This document shows, one piece after another, positions 12,496 through 29,455 of a stretch of DNA of 64,000 nucleotides. The position numbers and the translations under genes are program-made. Position 1 is the first letter of the stretch; each line of letters opens with the position of its first letter. Below the pieces are notes generated by a model that searched no databases, was not told the DNA's origin, and was given only the letters and a program-made list of their open reading frames with translations. The stretch covers positions 55,552,001 through 55,616,000 of the forward strand of contig OX597826.1 in NCBI GenBank assembly GCA_951406725.2. Direction: 5' to 3'. This DNA is from Octopus vulgaris (Eukaryota).

Positions 12496-12968
12496 TTATT
12501 TCCGAACATGGATTACGCCCCCTTATTTTCCGCTTCACCTCCTCTCTCGTCCAGCCTCCTTGTTGTGTCGCTGAACATACTTGAAAATGTTTCACGTATT
12601 CCATAACTATTGACTTGTAAACGTACTAATGTTTTTTGGCTTTATTTTACATTATTCTTCTGCTATTTATTTAAGTAAACCAACAATGGCGATTTTATTG
12701 CAATTACAATTGAGTAACCCTGTTATTCTTTTGTCTCTTGAGGGTAAGATAGAATTTATCAACCTCTACTGATATTCTCGATGATGTCATTAATTTTCCT
12801 ATCTCTCTATTCAATCTTATTAATCTTTTCACCTTTCAATTACGTTAAAACAAAAACATTATTACAGGCACAGCAGATACATTAATATCTATTAACTTTT
12901 TCATCACGTTTAGTTACACCGTAATACGATTTTACTCTTGTCTGAGTATTGATTACCGTCTTCTTCAT

Positions 12969-13046
<78 letters not shown>

Positions 13047-13139
13047 ACACAAACATATGCCTAAGTATATGTACAAATATATACACGCAGCTAGAGCTGT
13101 ATACATATACATCCACATGTTTATGTATGTAGATACATG

Positions 13140-13184
<45 letters not shown>

Positions 13185-13509
13185 CTATATCACATATATA
13201 CATACATATGAGTACGTACATATCTATGCACATACACACAAACACATACATACATATATATATATATATCTACTTGCTTTCTAATTCATTATTTTCTGAG
13301 TCTGAACATATTCATCATTTTTTCTACTGTTGCCATCTCTCTCCCCTCTTCTTTCTCTCTCTCCATCTATCTATCTCTTTTTTCATTGTAGTTTACACAT
13401 TTATCTATTTACATTTTTTGTACACACACACACACATTTACATATATACATATACATACATATATATGCATATATATATGTGCATAATTATATATATATA
13501 TATATTGTG

Positions 13510-13541
<32 letters not shown>

Positions 13542-13551
13542 CGTTTGTGTG

Positions 13552-13591
<40 letters not shown>

Positions 13592-14446
13592 AAATATATG
13601 TCCGTAATAAACCTTTTCCTATTTGTAATACGATCTCAAGCTGACAACGACTTTTAAGTCGTTCACATATTCGATATATACGAGCCAAGAGAGTGGGGAC
13701 AAGACCTCATTGAGAAAAGTATTGATATATAGCGTGATTTCGCTTGTTATCAGAACATAAATAAATGCAGGCTCTTAGTAAGCATGCGCATATCTGGAGA
13801 CTGAATTCCTTTTTCGTGCAACCATTGCTCTGCCATACGTCCATTCAAATGCACGCCCCTCCATAAAAAGCGAACCGGGTGATGTGTTGCATTCTAGAAC
13901 ATTCTACGTTTCACGATGCTCCCGTCCACTCAGCTATGATTGAGTAAAGCTTTGTTGTGGAAGGATCCTGACCACCTCGACTGACCAAAGGTGAACTTAC
14001 GCATTTCAATAAAATAAAGAACGAGCAGTTGACCTCGAGTAGTTAACAGCATTGGTCGTTCGTATTGGATTATTGTGTTAGTTTAATATCGTATCTACGT
14101 TTTGCGTAGTACGGAGCGCGCTGTGTGAACATATTAATTCTGCGAAAGGTTATCCTGGATAACCATATCCAAATATTTATTTCAATAATACTATCCTACA
14201 CCCTTGTGCACACCCCAACGTCGTCATAACTTTACGACGACGAGATGTTCAGACACCCCACGACACAGCAACATTTAGTGAACCGGTACTACATACAGGA
14301 GAACTATTCTGATTTTGGTCACGCATGCGTCACTAAACCGAGTAGTTGGCCCTATGATCCCTTGGATTGTAGACGGTAATGGCCAGGGTGTTGATGTTGA
14401 TGATGAAAGGAGGAAAAGCAAGGTTGATCTGGACAGGGTTTTAACT

Positions 14447-14604
14447 CATCGACCCCAATGCGTAACTGGTACTTTATTTAACGACTCCGAAAGGATGAAA
14501 GGCAAAGTTACCCTCGGCGAAATTTGAACACAGAACGTAACGGCAGACGAAATATCGCTAAGCATTTCGCCCGGCGTGCTAACGTTTCTGCCAGCTCGCC
14601 GCCT
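14447..14604 (-). mobile_element. SINE-B 5' part
   Basis: Minus-strand GGCGGCGAGCTGGCAGAAACGTTAGCACGCCGGGCGAAATGC...GTTCAAATTTC. Confidence 0.9.
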
Positions 14605-15289
14605 TGTTAACGCTTTTTATGTTACTAGTAACTCATCCTATGGGCTTCTGTATTTCTTTTCTGTCAATCTAGTTTCTACAGTCGAGCTACAATCATTTAA
14701 ATGGTACGTTAATTCATGAAATTAAATTAAGTATCATATATTGTAGACAATGCAGCTTAACTCATTTTTTACCAACAAAATATTATATATTTAGGCTTTT
14801 TCTAAAATAATTTTGTGTTCACGACACTCAGAATGAAGTTCGGTCCTACTGAAATCTGCCGAAGCTAAATTTATCCATGATCTTTCAATGACGTTACCTG
14901 TGTGTGATTACAGGATCTGATGAGAAATAGCAGTTAGCTCTCCCCCAAAACATATAAAAAGGAAACACTGCATAAAGTTACCCAGAATAGACAATTTCTG
15001 AAGACGAAAATCAAAAAGATATAGTGAGGTCCAGAATGACCTTTGACACTTGGTCTCTCAGCTTCAAGAGGGCAGACCCGAGGTTACACAGCAACAGCTA
15101 TAACAACAACAATAACAACATGCTGTTTCCCAGTCGGAATATTTATGCATCTGTCACTATACAGAATAAATCATCTGGTAATGTAGAGTTTGCAATTACT
15201 GCACAAAAGATAATTACGAAAACTCACACCTCAGAACATAGGAATTAATTAAATCCACATAACGCATTGCGCCTATTACTTTGCACAAG

Positions 15290-15305
15290 TAATAATAATA
15301 ATGAC

Positions 15306-15367
<62 letters not shown>

Positions 15368-15390
15368 TGATGATGATGATGATGATGATG

Positions 15391-15451
<61 letters not shown>

Positions 15452-15520
15452 GATGAAGAAGAAGTAGAAGAAGAAGAAAGGGAATAAGAACGACAACAGT
15501 AACAACAATAGTAGTGATGG

Positions 15521-15578
<58 letters not shown>

Positions 15579-15588
15579 GGTGGTGATG
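15290..15588. repeat. Compound trinucleotide microsatellite (AAT/GAT/GAA/GGT)
   Basis: Directly visible. Confidence 0.97.
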
Positions 15589-16315
15589 AATTCAGTGGCA
15601 ACAATTTAATAACAACAATAATAATCCTTGTTATAATCACTTTACCTTGTCAATGCAAATATGTTAATGAAGGCTCTCCATCCATCACCTTTTCTCATAG
15701 AAGTGAAATCTCACACTGCTTCTAACGACGGCCATCTTTCCTGAAGAAATAGATTCACTTCTATCTTCTTTTGCTTCTATTCTGAAGATATGAAACTGAA
15801 AGTGTTATGATAAAGGAAGAGAAAGCTATACATTGGCAGACGTGTTTGTTCAACAGTCAACTAAACATAGTCGCTCGACCTGCTGGAAATAGCAGCCAAA
15901 TCTGTCATAAATCAATCACACTGTGCATCTTTAGTTATTATGTGTTTCTGATGTACAAAATGTCAGGACAGTCATGACTAGAACGCCTTTGATCATAGCT
16001 GTTTTCCATACGATTGATTTGGAACTACACAGCAAGAATCACGTTTGCTTCGCGGCAACGAAAGAAAGGCGCCATAGTAGTAACTTGTCCTGCCAGTTAT
16101 CGCTTCACTACGGGAAACCTCATGTGAAGAAGTTGCCCTGTTAATCGATTGGTCAATGAATACTCTTCTACAAGCCTGGAACGAGCCAAATATGATGGCA
16201 CCAGGAGAAAACGGATTGGCAGCAGTTGAATGTCCGCGAACCCAAAACACAGTGCATGTTCTGCTCAGGAATTTTTCAATTTGTCAAAAAGGGTCAAATG
16301 GAGTTAAGACACAAG

Positions 16316-16502
16316 CGAGAGCAGCTGAATTAGAATCATGATAGTCCTGCCGGTCAGCGACGAGCACCGGCAGCCTACCCGACCCGTCTCGAAACACAAA
16401 CCGAAGTGTCCCAGTCGACTGCGAGTCGTCGGAGCCTTTCACTGCGCGAACTCCGGTGGCATAGCGAAAGGGAAAACGTGACGCGTCGTTGCCCTCGGTG
16501 AT
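16316..16502 (+). pseudogene. Degenerate 28S (LSU) rRNA fragment, end of D2 into D3
   Basis: ACCCGACCCGTCTCGAAACAC (16377-16397) matches the universal eukaryotic LSU motif ACCCGACCCGTCTTGAAACACGGACC, followed by GCGAGTC and GGCATAGCGAAAG resembling the D3 stem; GC-rich island. Confidence 0.8.
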
Positions 16503-16699
16503 ATAATGTTTTACCTGTCAGTTTTATAGAGTTACTCATTAACATATATTTATTCTAAACTTTTCCTTCTATCTCATACAGGAAAAGCTAGCTGAGACAA
16601 AGCACAAGCAATCCCGTTACATCCAAAAACTGAATATTGAAGGAGGTATACCTCAAGCTAGACTGCTTCGACGTTGATGGGAAAAAGGAGGAATCTTGG

Positions 16700-18195
16700 A
16701 AGAGATAATATCTGTCTGATTTGGCTCACGCCTTACAGAAATTTTCCGAATATCCTTCTTTACAGAAATTTTCTGAATATCATTCTATCATAATCTAGCA
16801 TTGTGGAACAGGTACAAGTTAGTTGAAGACATCGTGAAACCGAAAAAGTAAAGGACACAGATGTTGAAACATCGTGGTAAACAATTGGTTCTTCTTAAAC
16901 TTAGGGTATAATCCGTAACTCGATTTACTGCATCTACTTAACAACTTTGTGCTACCGTAGCTAGATCTAAACATTTTTCAATTGACTTAAGTGTTAAGCA
17001 TACTCAGGCAAAAGATGGAGTTTGACGTAGTGTGGCTAAAACTGCACGTAAAACAGTAATTGCTAAAACTGAAAACTATCAGCATTTGATTTCTGAATAA
17101 GCATGGAAAATATTTTGCTTAAAGACAAACAGTAACACCAAAATGACATACAGCGTCAAGATAATGTTTGCTTGATGTGTTTTCAGAAAAAGATTGCTCT
17201 CATTACAGAAGTGCCAGGGCTTATAAATATCATCCTGTGCTAAGTATAATCGACATTTCAGAATATTACTGATGATTGAATATTTTCCCTTCTCCGGAGG
17301 AAATGCGTCTGGAAAGTTGATGAGGCCAGCTGGTTTATTGGCAAGTGATGAAATGATCCCGAATTATAGGCAGATTTTCGAATACCATGATTATAACCCG
17401 GACGACACCAGAGGCAGTGACTATTCGGAATGGTGATACTACTCCAGTGCAATTAGGGGAACAGATTTTGCCAGTGATTAATGAAGAAATCCACGATACA
17501 GTTGTACAGACATTTGTGAATCTATGCGATATTGGAAGCAAAGTGAAAACCGTGAAGTTTAAGGTTAATCAGTGACTGAAGAGGATCAACAGTGGTGAGG
17601 ATGTGACATTCATGAATTAATGTTTGCGGGACATTGGAAGCAGATACGATACAGAAATAGATGGTGTCAAGATCAAGGCAGTTCTACACGCAATTAGAAG
17701 CGGACTATTTGGACGAGTAGATGACAAGATGTTTTCTAACCCAGGTGTGACTTTGCAAGACATTTCAGAAGTGGACAAGAAGACTCCCTACCTGGAAAAA
17801 TAAAATGAATCAATCGCTTCACCCTAGAGCTGAGCGATGGTTGTTCCAACGGTTCACAGTATATCATAACCAACTTTCTGGACCAGGTAATTTATGGTAA
17901 AATTCATTCTTTGTGCTATACAGTGCATCAGCTGTGCACTTTAGAATATTTCATATCAGTCAAGATTTGGAACTTTTCTTTGAAGTTTGGAGGAAGAAGT
18001 TTCCCGCGAAGAAGTTTCTATTTGTCATGACTGCCAACAATGCTCAGGATAAAATTGGGGTGTGTCTACTGATTCTCCTATTCAAACGTGGGCAACTCTG
18101 AGTGACATTGTCGAGAGAATATTAATGTTATAGTATCAAAAGGCGAGAAACAGATGGATTGCCTCCATAACACGGTATTCATAAAACTTCAATAA
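16700..18195 (+). mobile_element. Highly decayed PIF1-family helicase, probably a Helitron RepHel relic
   Basis: Ordered motifs across frameshifts: CGTGTS (16802, cf. GGTGKT), PFSG...NYRQIF (17287-17379, cf. PFGG..GDFRQ), GCSNGSQYII (17839, cf. GLCNGTRL), FVMTANNAQ (18021, cf. FAMTINKAQ), GQL*VTLSR (18090, cf. GQLYVALSR), HNTVF (cf. T.N.VY). Confidence 0.8.
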
Positions 18196-20374
18196 TTTAA
18201 ATGATTCAAGATAGCCACTTCCAAATGCATGCACCCATCGATTTGGATAGAGGGCGCTTCGAACTGACCATAGTGTGTTTACACCTTTGTGAGTACAGTG
18301 AAAATATTTTTCTATAACAAACTGCAATGAAAAGTTATTTTGCAGGTTCGAATAAATCTCAGTCATCCTCGAACTGGTAACAATTTGACACATGTGCAAT
18401 ATTTCATGGCATCTGATTCCCTCAGCAAGGTAAAAAAAAAACAATAAGAGATTAGGGAGGCGGTGAAGCAGTTATGCTTTCCTGAAAAACTCTTCCTTTC
18501 TGTTACGGTATTGCCAAATGGGGAAGATTTTCGTACTTCCGTGACTCAGACGACTATACCATTGGGGAGGGGGGGGGGGCTTCATATACCTAGGTCCTAC
18601 ACAACAAAGCCAAGAACGTGTCAAGTTAGAGGCCGGATGAAAATTAGCTCCTGGCTCTCAAAGCTGGGTGTTGTACATTAAAGGTAATTTGGGTTAATCA
18701 TTTGAAATTCATCTTGATACAAAAACCACAAAATATGTGATCCACATGGTAGCAGAGAGTCTGTATGTGTAAACAATTACTGCAAGTTCTCTACCTAATT
18801 CATTTCATACCACCCTTTACAGAAAAGAACTGTAAATCGAGCTATTACAAATAACAGCAAAGTTTTCTTCAAATCGAACGATACCGTCTTTAAAAAGTCA
18901 GATAACCTGGCTGGAATACTTTTCATTAGTGTCTGCTTGATATTAGCTTACCAGCGGATAAAGATCCTGATAAACGAGATTTTGAACTTGTTACTTCTAA
19001 TTCCGTTTTGGTGAAGTCGGAATAACATACAACCGCTCGTTCTCAACCGGCACTCAGTCATTATTTTGTATAAATAATTTTGTGATATACATATACATAT
19101 AGTTATTGATATACGAGGTCATTTAAGCAAACCTCCATACAGTATACGAAATAATAAAAATTCAAACATTTTAGAGACCAATATATTTATTAGAAAGTAT
19201 TTCTGCCCTTTTGTGTTGTCATAACAAATCTAATCTATATTCTGTCAGTCACGAGAATACACGTTTTTTTTCTGCTTCACAGAAAAACTTAACGAAATCT
19301 TTGAAATATCTTCACATTGTATTTTCAGTAAAGCTGTCTATACATAATGACGGGGAAAGTTTTACCTTAGCCAACCTCTGACTGTTACCGTGATGTTGAA
19401 TCAAAGCTAAGAATTAAAAGTAAAAACAAATACCAAGTAATCTATAGTGGTGCCTTCCTCGAAGTTATTTCTTTTTCTCAGGGTATGTTCAATGAGATGA
19501 CTCCATTTCTCTCGTAGACTTATATTTAGCCTTTACACAATACTTAAGATATAATAACAGGCCATTTAAGTTTCATCAATACACAGTAATCTACACTCCG
19601 TCTAAAATGCAAATAGCTGTTGTGTATGTATTTAGTTCTGTTTATGTGTGTATGCATGTGCGTTTTTCTGTGTGTGTCTGTGTGCGTCTGTCTGTTTATT
19701 ACCTAACCCCTTGGAACTTTTCAGCACCTACTCACTACGTTTCTTTACAAGCCATTCCCCTCATCCCTTCGTCTCTGGCCCTTGGCAATTCCTCTATTAT
19801 TAACACACTTTCCGTCTGGTTACTCTCTCTCTCTTTTATTCTCTCTTCCTTTCTCTCAATCTCCCATATTATCTCTTTCCTACCCATCACACTTTTCAAA
19901 CCTATGTTCTTAGCGCAATTTTAAAAGCATTATTTAACCTCCAACGCAGGAATTTTACTCGAAATCTAAGTACTCACGCCTTCCCACGACGTACGAATCT
20001 TTCCTCGTTTCGAACTATAATTAAGAACTGTTAGAGTTTGTCGACCAAATATCTCGTGCTTCTCTGTAAAATTATTTCTTAAAGAATGCCTGACTATAAA
20101 GGTTTATTTTGCTGTTTATATTCAACGCCATCATCGCCACTTCCTATTATCACATCTTCGTATTCGAAGTCTTACTTTACGAGTTTCTTCTTGCTTCATC
20201 GCATCAAACATAGAATGCAAAAGACAATTCTTTAAGATGCATGAGATAGCAGAAACACCACCTGTCATCTAATTGAGGAATTAACAAGTCAAAATCTTGA
20301 CATTTTTATTCCATTTGGCTCTTAACGGGAGAAGAAGAAGAAAAATAAAAAAAGAATGGAAGCCAAGGAGTTTT

Positions 20375-20850
20375 CATTCTGCAGTTTCGATATCTACGAA
20401 CTTTGTTCAGTGTCATTCAGATATATTTTACTAAAGATTAGACATATCAATAAGGCGTAAAGTTTGACATTCCGCGCTATTAACCTCGTATTATAAAGTC
20501 CAGAGTTTACGCAGCCCAAAACACAGTGAAAGGTATTGAAACGCGAATAAAGAGATTTAATTGTCCATGAATGTTAAACTCTTGGCCATTATTCATCTCA
20601 AGAATTTACATATGTATCATAGACATAATCTCTCATTTCAATTCCAGCTGATTGCTAAGGCTTCTCTTATCGACATCCTTCAAGCTTATTTACATCTTAA
20701 CTTCTTTTATTCTTTCATTTTTTCTTCTTACATCTACTCAGCGTTACTATACTATCACTGCTTGTATAATACTGTTCTATCATGTCGCCTAAACACTCAT
20801 GTATCAGATACACCACTGCATTCTCGACACTATGTAATATATCTAAGGCA
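20375..20850 (-). mobile_element. Possible Penelope-like 3' relic (GIY-YIG remnants plus degenerate hammerhead motif)
   Basis: Minus-strand peptides ENAVVYLIHEC (~20826-20794) and SIREALAI (~20673-20650), followed by CTGAACAA...GATATCGAAACTGCAG at 20410-20379. Confidence 0.4.
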
Positions 20851-21167
20851 AGTCAACTTGAATTTATCAAACTCCACTTTTTAAGGTGAACTGAATGGGT
20901 CTCCGTCGATGTCGGCGTACCTGAAGGTAAAGTGTTTGCAGCCGTTATAATGAAATCCAAATTTCAATACGTATCTGGATGTTAAGACATATCAGATAAT
21001 ATATTCCAAAGTAGCCCGAAACAGAATGCATTGTCGATACGGTTGACTAAACAGATGCAGCGAATGTAAAAATATTGAATCAATTTTCTATATAAGAAAG
21101 CAGAGGCGACTACCAATATAGAATTTTAACCAAGTCGAAATGTTTCGTACCATAGAGTTGAATATTT

Positions 21168-21600
21168 GTTTATTGTTTTATCTGTTTCAGTCATTTGACT
21201 GTGGCCATGCTGGAGCATCACCTATACATTTTTTTTTTTCATTAGTCGAAGAAACCAAGCCCGGGACTTATTCTTTGTAAGCCAAGCATTTATTCTATTG
21301 GTTTCTTTGCCGAACCGCTAGGTTACGGGAACGTAAACACACCAACATCAGTTTTCAAGCGATGATGGTGGGGTGGGGATGCAAACACAGACACAAAAAC
21401 ACACACACGCATAAATACATGCACACACAGGCACAAACACTACGGGCTTCTTTCAATGTCCATCTAAGAAATCCACTCACAAGGCTTTGGTCGGTCTGAG
21501 TCTATAGTAGAAGTTTAACTAAGGTGCCACGCAGTGGGACGGAACCCGTAACCACGTTATTGGGAAGCAAAATTCTTATCTCACAGCCACGCCTACGCCT
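21168..21600 (-). mobile_element. SINE-A full length, diverged
   Basis: Colinear with 2689-3145. Confidence 0.92.
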
Positions 21601-22078
21601 ATACATATTATGTTCATATATTTTGAGCTCCCTTTGAGTAAGATTAATAACTCATGAATTATCAGTAACATCTTATTATGAACCAAAAGGTGGGGCATTG
21701 TTGTAGCTCAACCTGCTAGAAATAGCAGTCAACTCTCCATCAAATAACATTCTAATGTTTTTGAGGGCCAGTGACAACTTTGTCTACGAGGGTGAATTTT
21801 AATACATCCTACATCACTCCCACCTCTACCGTCATCATAATCACCGAGAAAATGTCCAAGGATGAGCCAAGTAGACTAATCGTTGTAGCTTGACTTGCAA
21901 GAAATAGCTGTCATAGGCTCTCTCAAATCATTAAATTACATGATTCTGTCATTTAGTATATAAAGGTGAACGGCTCATTGGAGAACATAGGCCAAAATAA
22001 CTCTGAGAAACGTCATGGCCACAGCTGGGTTCCATCATACTTTGGTCTCGCGAGAGTTTGAAATGGAGGCCGATACTA

Positions 22079-22152
<74 letters not shown>

Positions 22153-22639
22153 ACTATTACTACTACTACTACCACTACTGCTCAGTACAAAACTAAAAAA
22201 GAGAAAAGTAGCAGTGAAGAGTCTACACATATATCGATTTAAAGCAAAAAAAAAAAAGATATATTGTGAAAGAACAATACATAAAATAATAAAATAGAAA
22301 TAGAGAATACCTATAAAGACAACAGCAACAATGACAAGAAGATGTAATATATTGTTTCATTCTTTACTTGCCTTCCATTTCGTGCCGTCATTATTGTTGT
22401 TATTGTTGTTGTTGTTCTTGCTGGTGGTGGTGGTGTTGGTGGTGGTGGTGTTGGTGGTAGTGGTGGTGTCTTGTTTTTGAAGTTATGAGTCTGTGTGCAA
22501 CAGAAGGATCCAGGAATAACAGCAAAGGATCAATCAATAAGAGAGAATAATACAGCTTCATCATTAGGGATAGATGATGATTTGACTTCAAATACACGCT
22601 ATTGGTTTACACCTATGGAGAGAGAGAAAGGAAAGTAGG

Positions 22640-25900
<3,261 letters not shown>

Positions 25901-26112
25901 ACTATAGAAAAGAAAAGATAATGCGATATCAATTTTAACCAATTTATTCCAATATTAAATCTCATTTCGAGCTGACGATGATAACCCTCGAATATTCCAG
26001 CTTTGATCATACCGATTCCACCCTCTGCCAATCCATACTCTTTTTGCGTATATATTTGACGCTGTTAAGCAAATGCAATATTCATAACAGAGACGAAAAA
26101 AATATCCCCCGC

Positions 26113-26153
<41 letters not shown>

Positions 26154-27861
26154 TAATAATAATAATAATAATAATAATCAATTCAAAAGTAAAAAGAAAG
26201 GGAAGAAAATTTTAGACAGAGAAAAATAGCTAAATGATAAAGATACGTATAAGACAAGACAAAGTATAAAATAAATCTCGCCCAAACTCTCGCGTCAGGT
26301 ATTTACGGTTGTGAATCAATTAAGGGGGTCAGCTACGATTAAAAGCTTTTGTATCACTATAATTAGTCGCTGAGAACATTATGTGAACCTTGAGTTGAGT
26401 AAATGTTGTTAGAATCGATTGGCTACTTGTAATAGAAATATATCTGTTTATTTCATTTTCAAGAGGAATCAGCAGCTAAGAATTCTTTTGTGGGAATTAA
26501 AAAAAAATTAAGAGACAAAAAAAGAAAAGCAGTTTTAAATGAATATTTACAAAAGATGGAAAAGTTAGTGGGGGTGGGGGGAAAAATAGAACTAACTACA
26601 AAGAAAATTTAATGATTTAATTTTCATTCTGTGCTTTTTTGTTTTTAGAGTTGCTTTTGCTATTAGTTTTGTTGTTATTGGTGTTGGTGTTGGTGTTGGT
26701 GGTGGTGGTACGGTTGCTTTTATAACAGTAACTCTTTGAGGTAGATATTTTCTAAAGAATATTAATGAAAGAACTACTTTCCTTTCTTTCAAAATAAAAA
26801 AAAAGCGGAACCTTATACTTATACTATATGCGTTTTCTTTATACAAATATAAAAAAAAAATTTGCAAAAATGAAAACGATATAAAAACGGAAAGAAAACA
26901 ATATTACACAGGCGGTACAACAACAGTAATAACAACAATAAAAACAATAAAAGCATAATGAACTAATTAAGAAAACGTTCTCTGTGGTACGAGCAAAAGA
27001 TCAATTATTTTGAACAGTGTTTATGGCGACATACTTTCACGTATAAAACGGCCATTTTTTTCCTTCTTTGTTTGGTTACTGTGTATGGATGATCAAAGGG
27101 TCAAAGGTCATGACATTCCCTCAAATACTTCCTTAAACATCATTGACATTTCAGTTTCCCTTCTAGAGAATAAGGTAAGTGATTTTGCTGTAGATCACCT
27201 CCATACTGTTGCTCCTGCTACTCCTACTGATGATGGTGACGATGATGTTGCCTCTACTGCTGTACCTTCTATCTAGCACCTCTTCTCTCATTAGGTCAGT
27301 CTTAATCGAAAAGATAAAAGCACACTCACCATGAGCTCCGATTCATTTCTATATTTGTGACTGTATCGTCGAAGGCGTCCTTCTCTTTGTAAGACTGCGC
27401 GGTATGATTTGAAGAAAATATGCTGTTGTTGATACCGTAGAAAGGTCTCTTGGTTGCTTCTCCAACACATTTGATCGATACATAGACTTACATTGATTTC
27501 TCCCTATCAAACAGCAGAGATTCAGCTCCAATGGGAAATGTGTAAAGAAAGAAGGGAGATTTGTAAAGTTCAAGACTTATTTTCTGTAAAGTTCCGACTG
27601 TAACAATCAGAACTTTACAGAAAACATAGGAAATATAATGGAATCGTGAGGTGCGTGTATTGGCCTTCTCACTTCATTTTTGCTGATAGCGTTTGTTGCT
27701 TTATTCTATTGAACAAAACTCTAAGAGTAAAAGATGTTTTATATGACACATTGTACCAGCGTCCGAAGTTTGAAAGTGTTTAGTTACAAAAATTTATTTT
27801 GAAAATCTGTCGGTCAAAAGGTAAAGATCCAGATGAAGTCTAGGTCAGGTGTGGTCAGTGG

Positions 27862-27980
27862 TCAGGCGGGGCTGTGTGGTAAGAAGCTTGCTTCCCAACT
27901 ACATGGTTTCGGGCCCAGTTCCACTGTGTGGCACCTTGGACAAAGTGCCTTTGCTATAGCCTCAGGCCGATCAAAGCCTT
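27862..27980 (+). mobile_element. SINE-A 5' fragment
   Basis: GGCTGTGTGGTAAGAAGCTTGCTTCCCAAC...GGCACCTTGG...AAAGCCTT. Confidence 0.85.
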
Positions 27981-28419
27981 CGTTTTCGATTATACATCGG
28001 TTTCCAAAGATATTATATGGAAAAATAAAAATCAAGTTGTCATTTTACTCGACTTTACGTTGGTCCACCACAAATATTGGAATCGTAAAATCACTACAAA
28101 ACCATTAAAAGCACATAAAATCATATTACTGTACAATAAATAAGAATAAAAGCATATAAAATCATATTAAAATACGTTCAGTAAATGTTAAGACACACCG
28201 CATCAAGTAGTGTAGCCTAGTGACAGAAATCATGCAATCAGCTGTGTTGCCTTACTTATCGGTCTTTCGGAGCTCATATTGTACTGTCGTTCCAAAATCT
28301 ACTGTTAGGCGTCGTTGTCACTCGTGATTCCTGCAATTGTTTTGAATTCAGATTTTTTTACGTCTGTTTATCGGCTACTTTCTCATTCTCATTCATTTGT
28401 GACTTTATTTTTTGCCTCC

Positions 28420-29455
28420 ATGGCTCCTAAGAAAATTCATAGTGAAAGTGCTAAGCGTCGTGCTGTAACGCTGGAAGATAAACTGGCTATGATAAAACAA
28501 TATGTAAAAAATGAAAAAGTGGTAGCAATTGCACAATATTTTGGACAACTGTATCGACGATTGTACATAATAAGGGCAATATTTTGGCACATATAAAATC
28601 TGAAGCCCAAGGGATGAAGAAGACTGTCGTCAATAACAAAAGAGGTAAGATCTTTGAAGAAATAGAAAGCCTTCTTTCTCTTTGGATTGTTAGGTTGAAT
28701 CGTCAGCGTGCTACTATTAGTCAAGAAACCATTGAAGAGAAAGCGTTGTCTTTGAGGACCTGAAGAAAAAGTATCCAGATGCGAAAGATATAGAATTCAA
28801 GGCAAATCAAAGATGGTTCATGACATTTAAGGAGCGAAGAAGTTGTCACTCCATTAAGCAGCAATGTGAAAGTGCATCAGCTGACGAACAAGCAGAAGCG
28901 GAATTTCCTAATGCATTAAAGAAAATCATTGAAGAAAACGGGTTTCTTTCCAAACATATTTTTCAACGTAGACGAAACTGGATTGTATTGGAAAAAATTG
29001 CCAGACCGTTCATTCATTTCCAAGGAAGAGAAAACTATTTCAGGCTACAAGGTCTCAAAAGAACGTGTGACCATTATGTTGGGAGGTGCAGGAGATTTTG
29101 AGTTAAAGCCATTGCTTGTGAATCGCTGCACACAACACTCGTGCTCTGAAGAACATACCCAAAGCATCTCTCCCTGTTATATGGATGGCTAATTCAAAAG
29201 CATGGGTTACTGTTGTTTTTGAAGATTGATTCCTCAATCATTCTATCCCAGCAGCAAAGAAGTACTGTAAGAAGAGACTTACTTGTAAGGTTTTACTTAT
29301 CTTAGATAATGCTCCTAGCCACCCGCAAAACATCGTAAATTTTGACCCCATCGTTACCGTCGTATACCTCCCTCCGAATACCACGTCTCTTCTGCAGCTA
29401 ATGGATCAGGGAATAATTGCTACCATCAAGCGATGCTATATGAAGCGTACACAAT
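28420..29455 (+). pseudogene. Tigger/pogo transposase (CENP-B-type HTH + DDE_1), frameshifted and 3'-truncated
   Basis: MAPKK..KRRAVTLEDKLAMIK; FKANQRWF..FKER; ESASAD; FNVDETGLYWKKLPDR; KERVTIML; KPLLV; NSKAWVT; VLLILDNAPSHP; YLPPNTTSLLQLMDQGII. Element probably extends upstream to ~27981. Confidence 0.95.
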
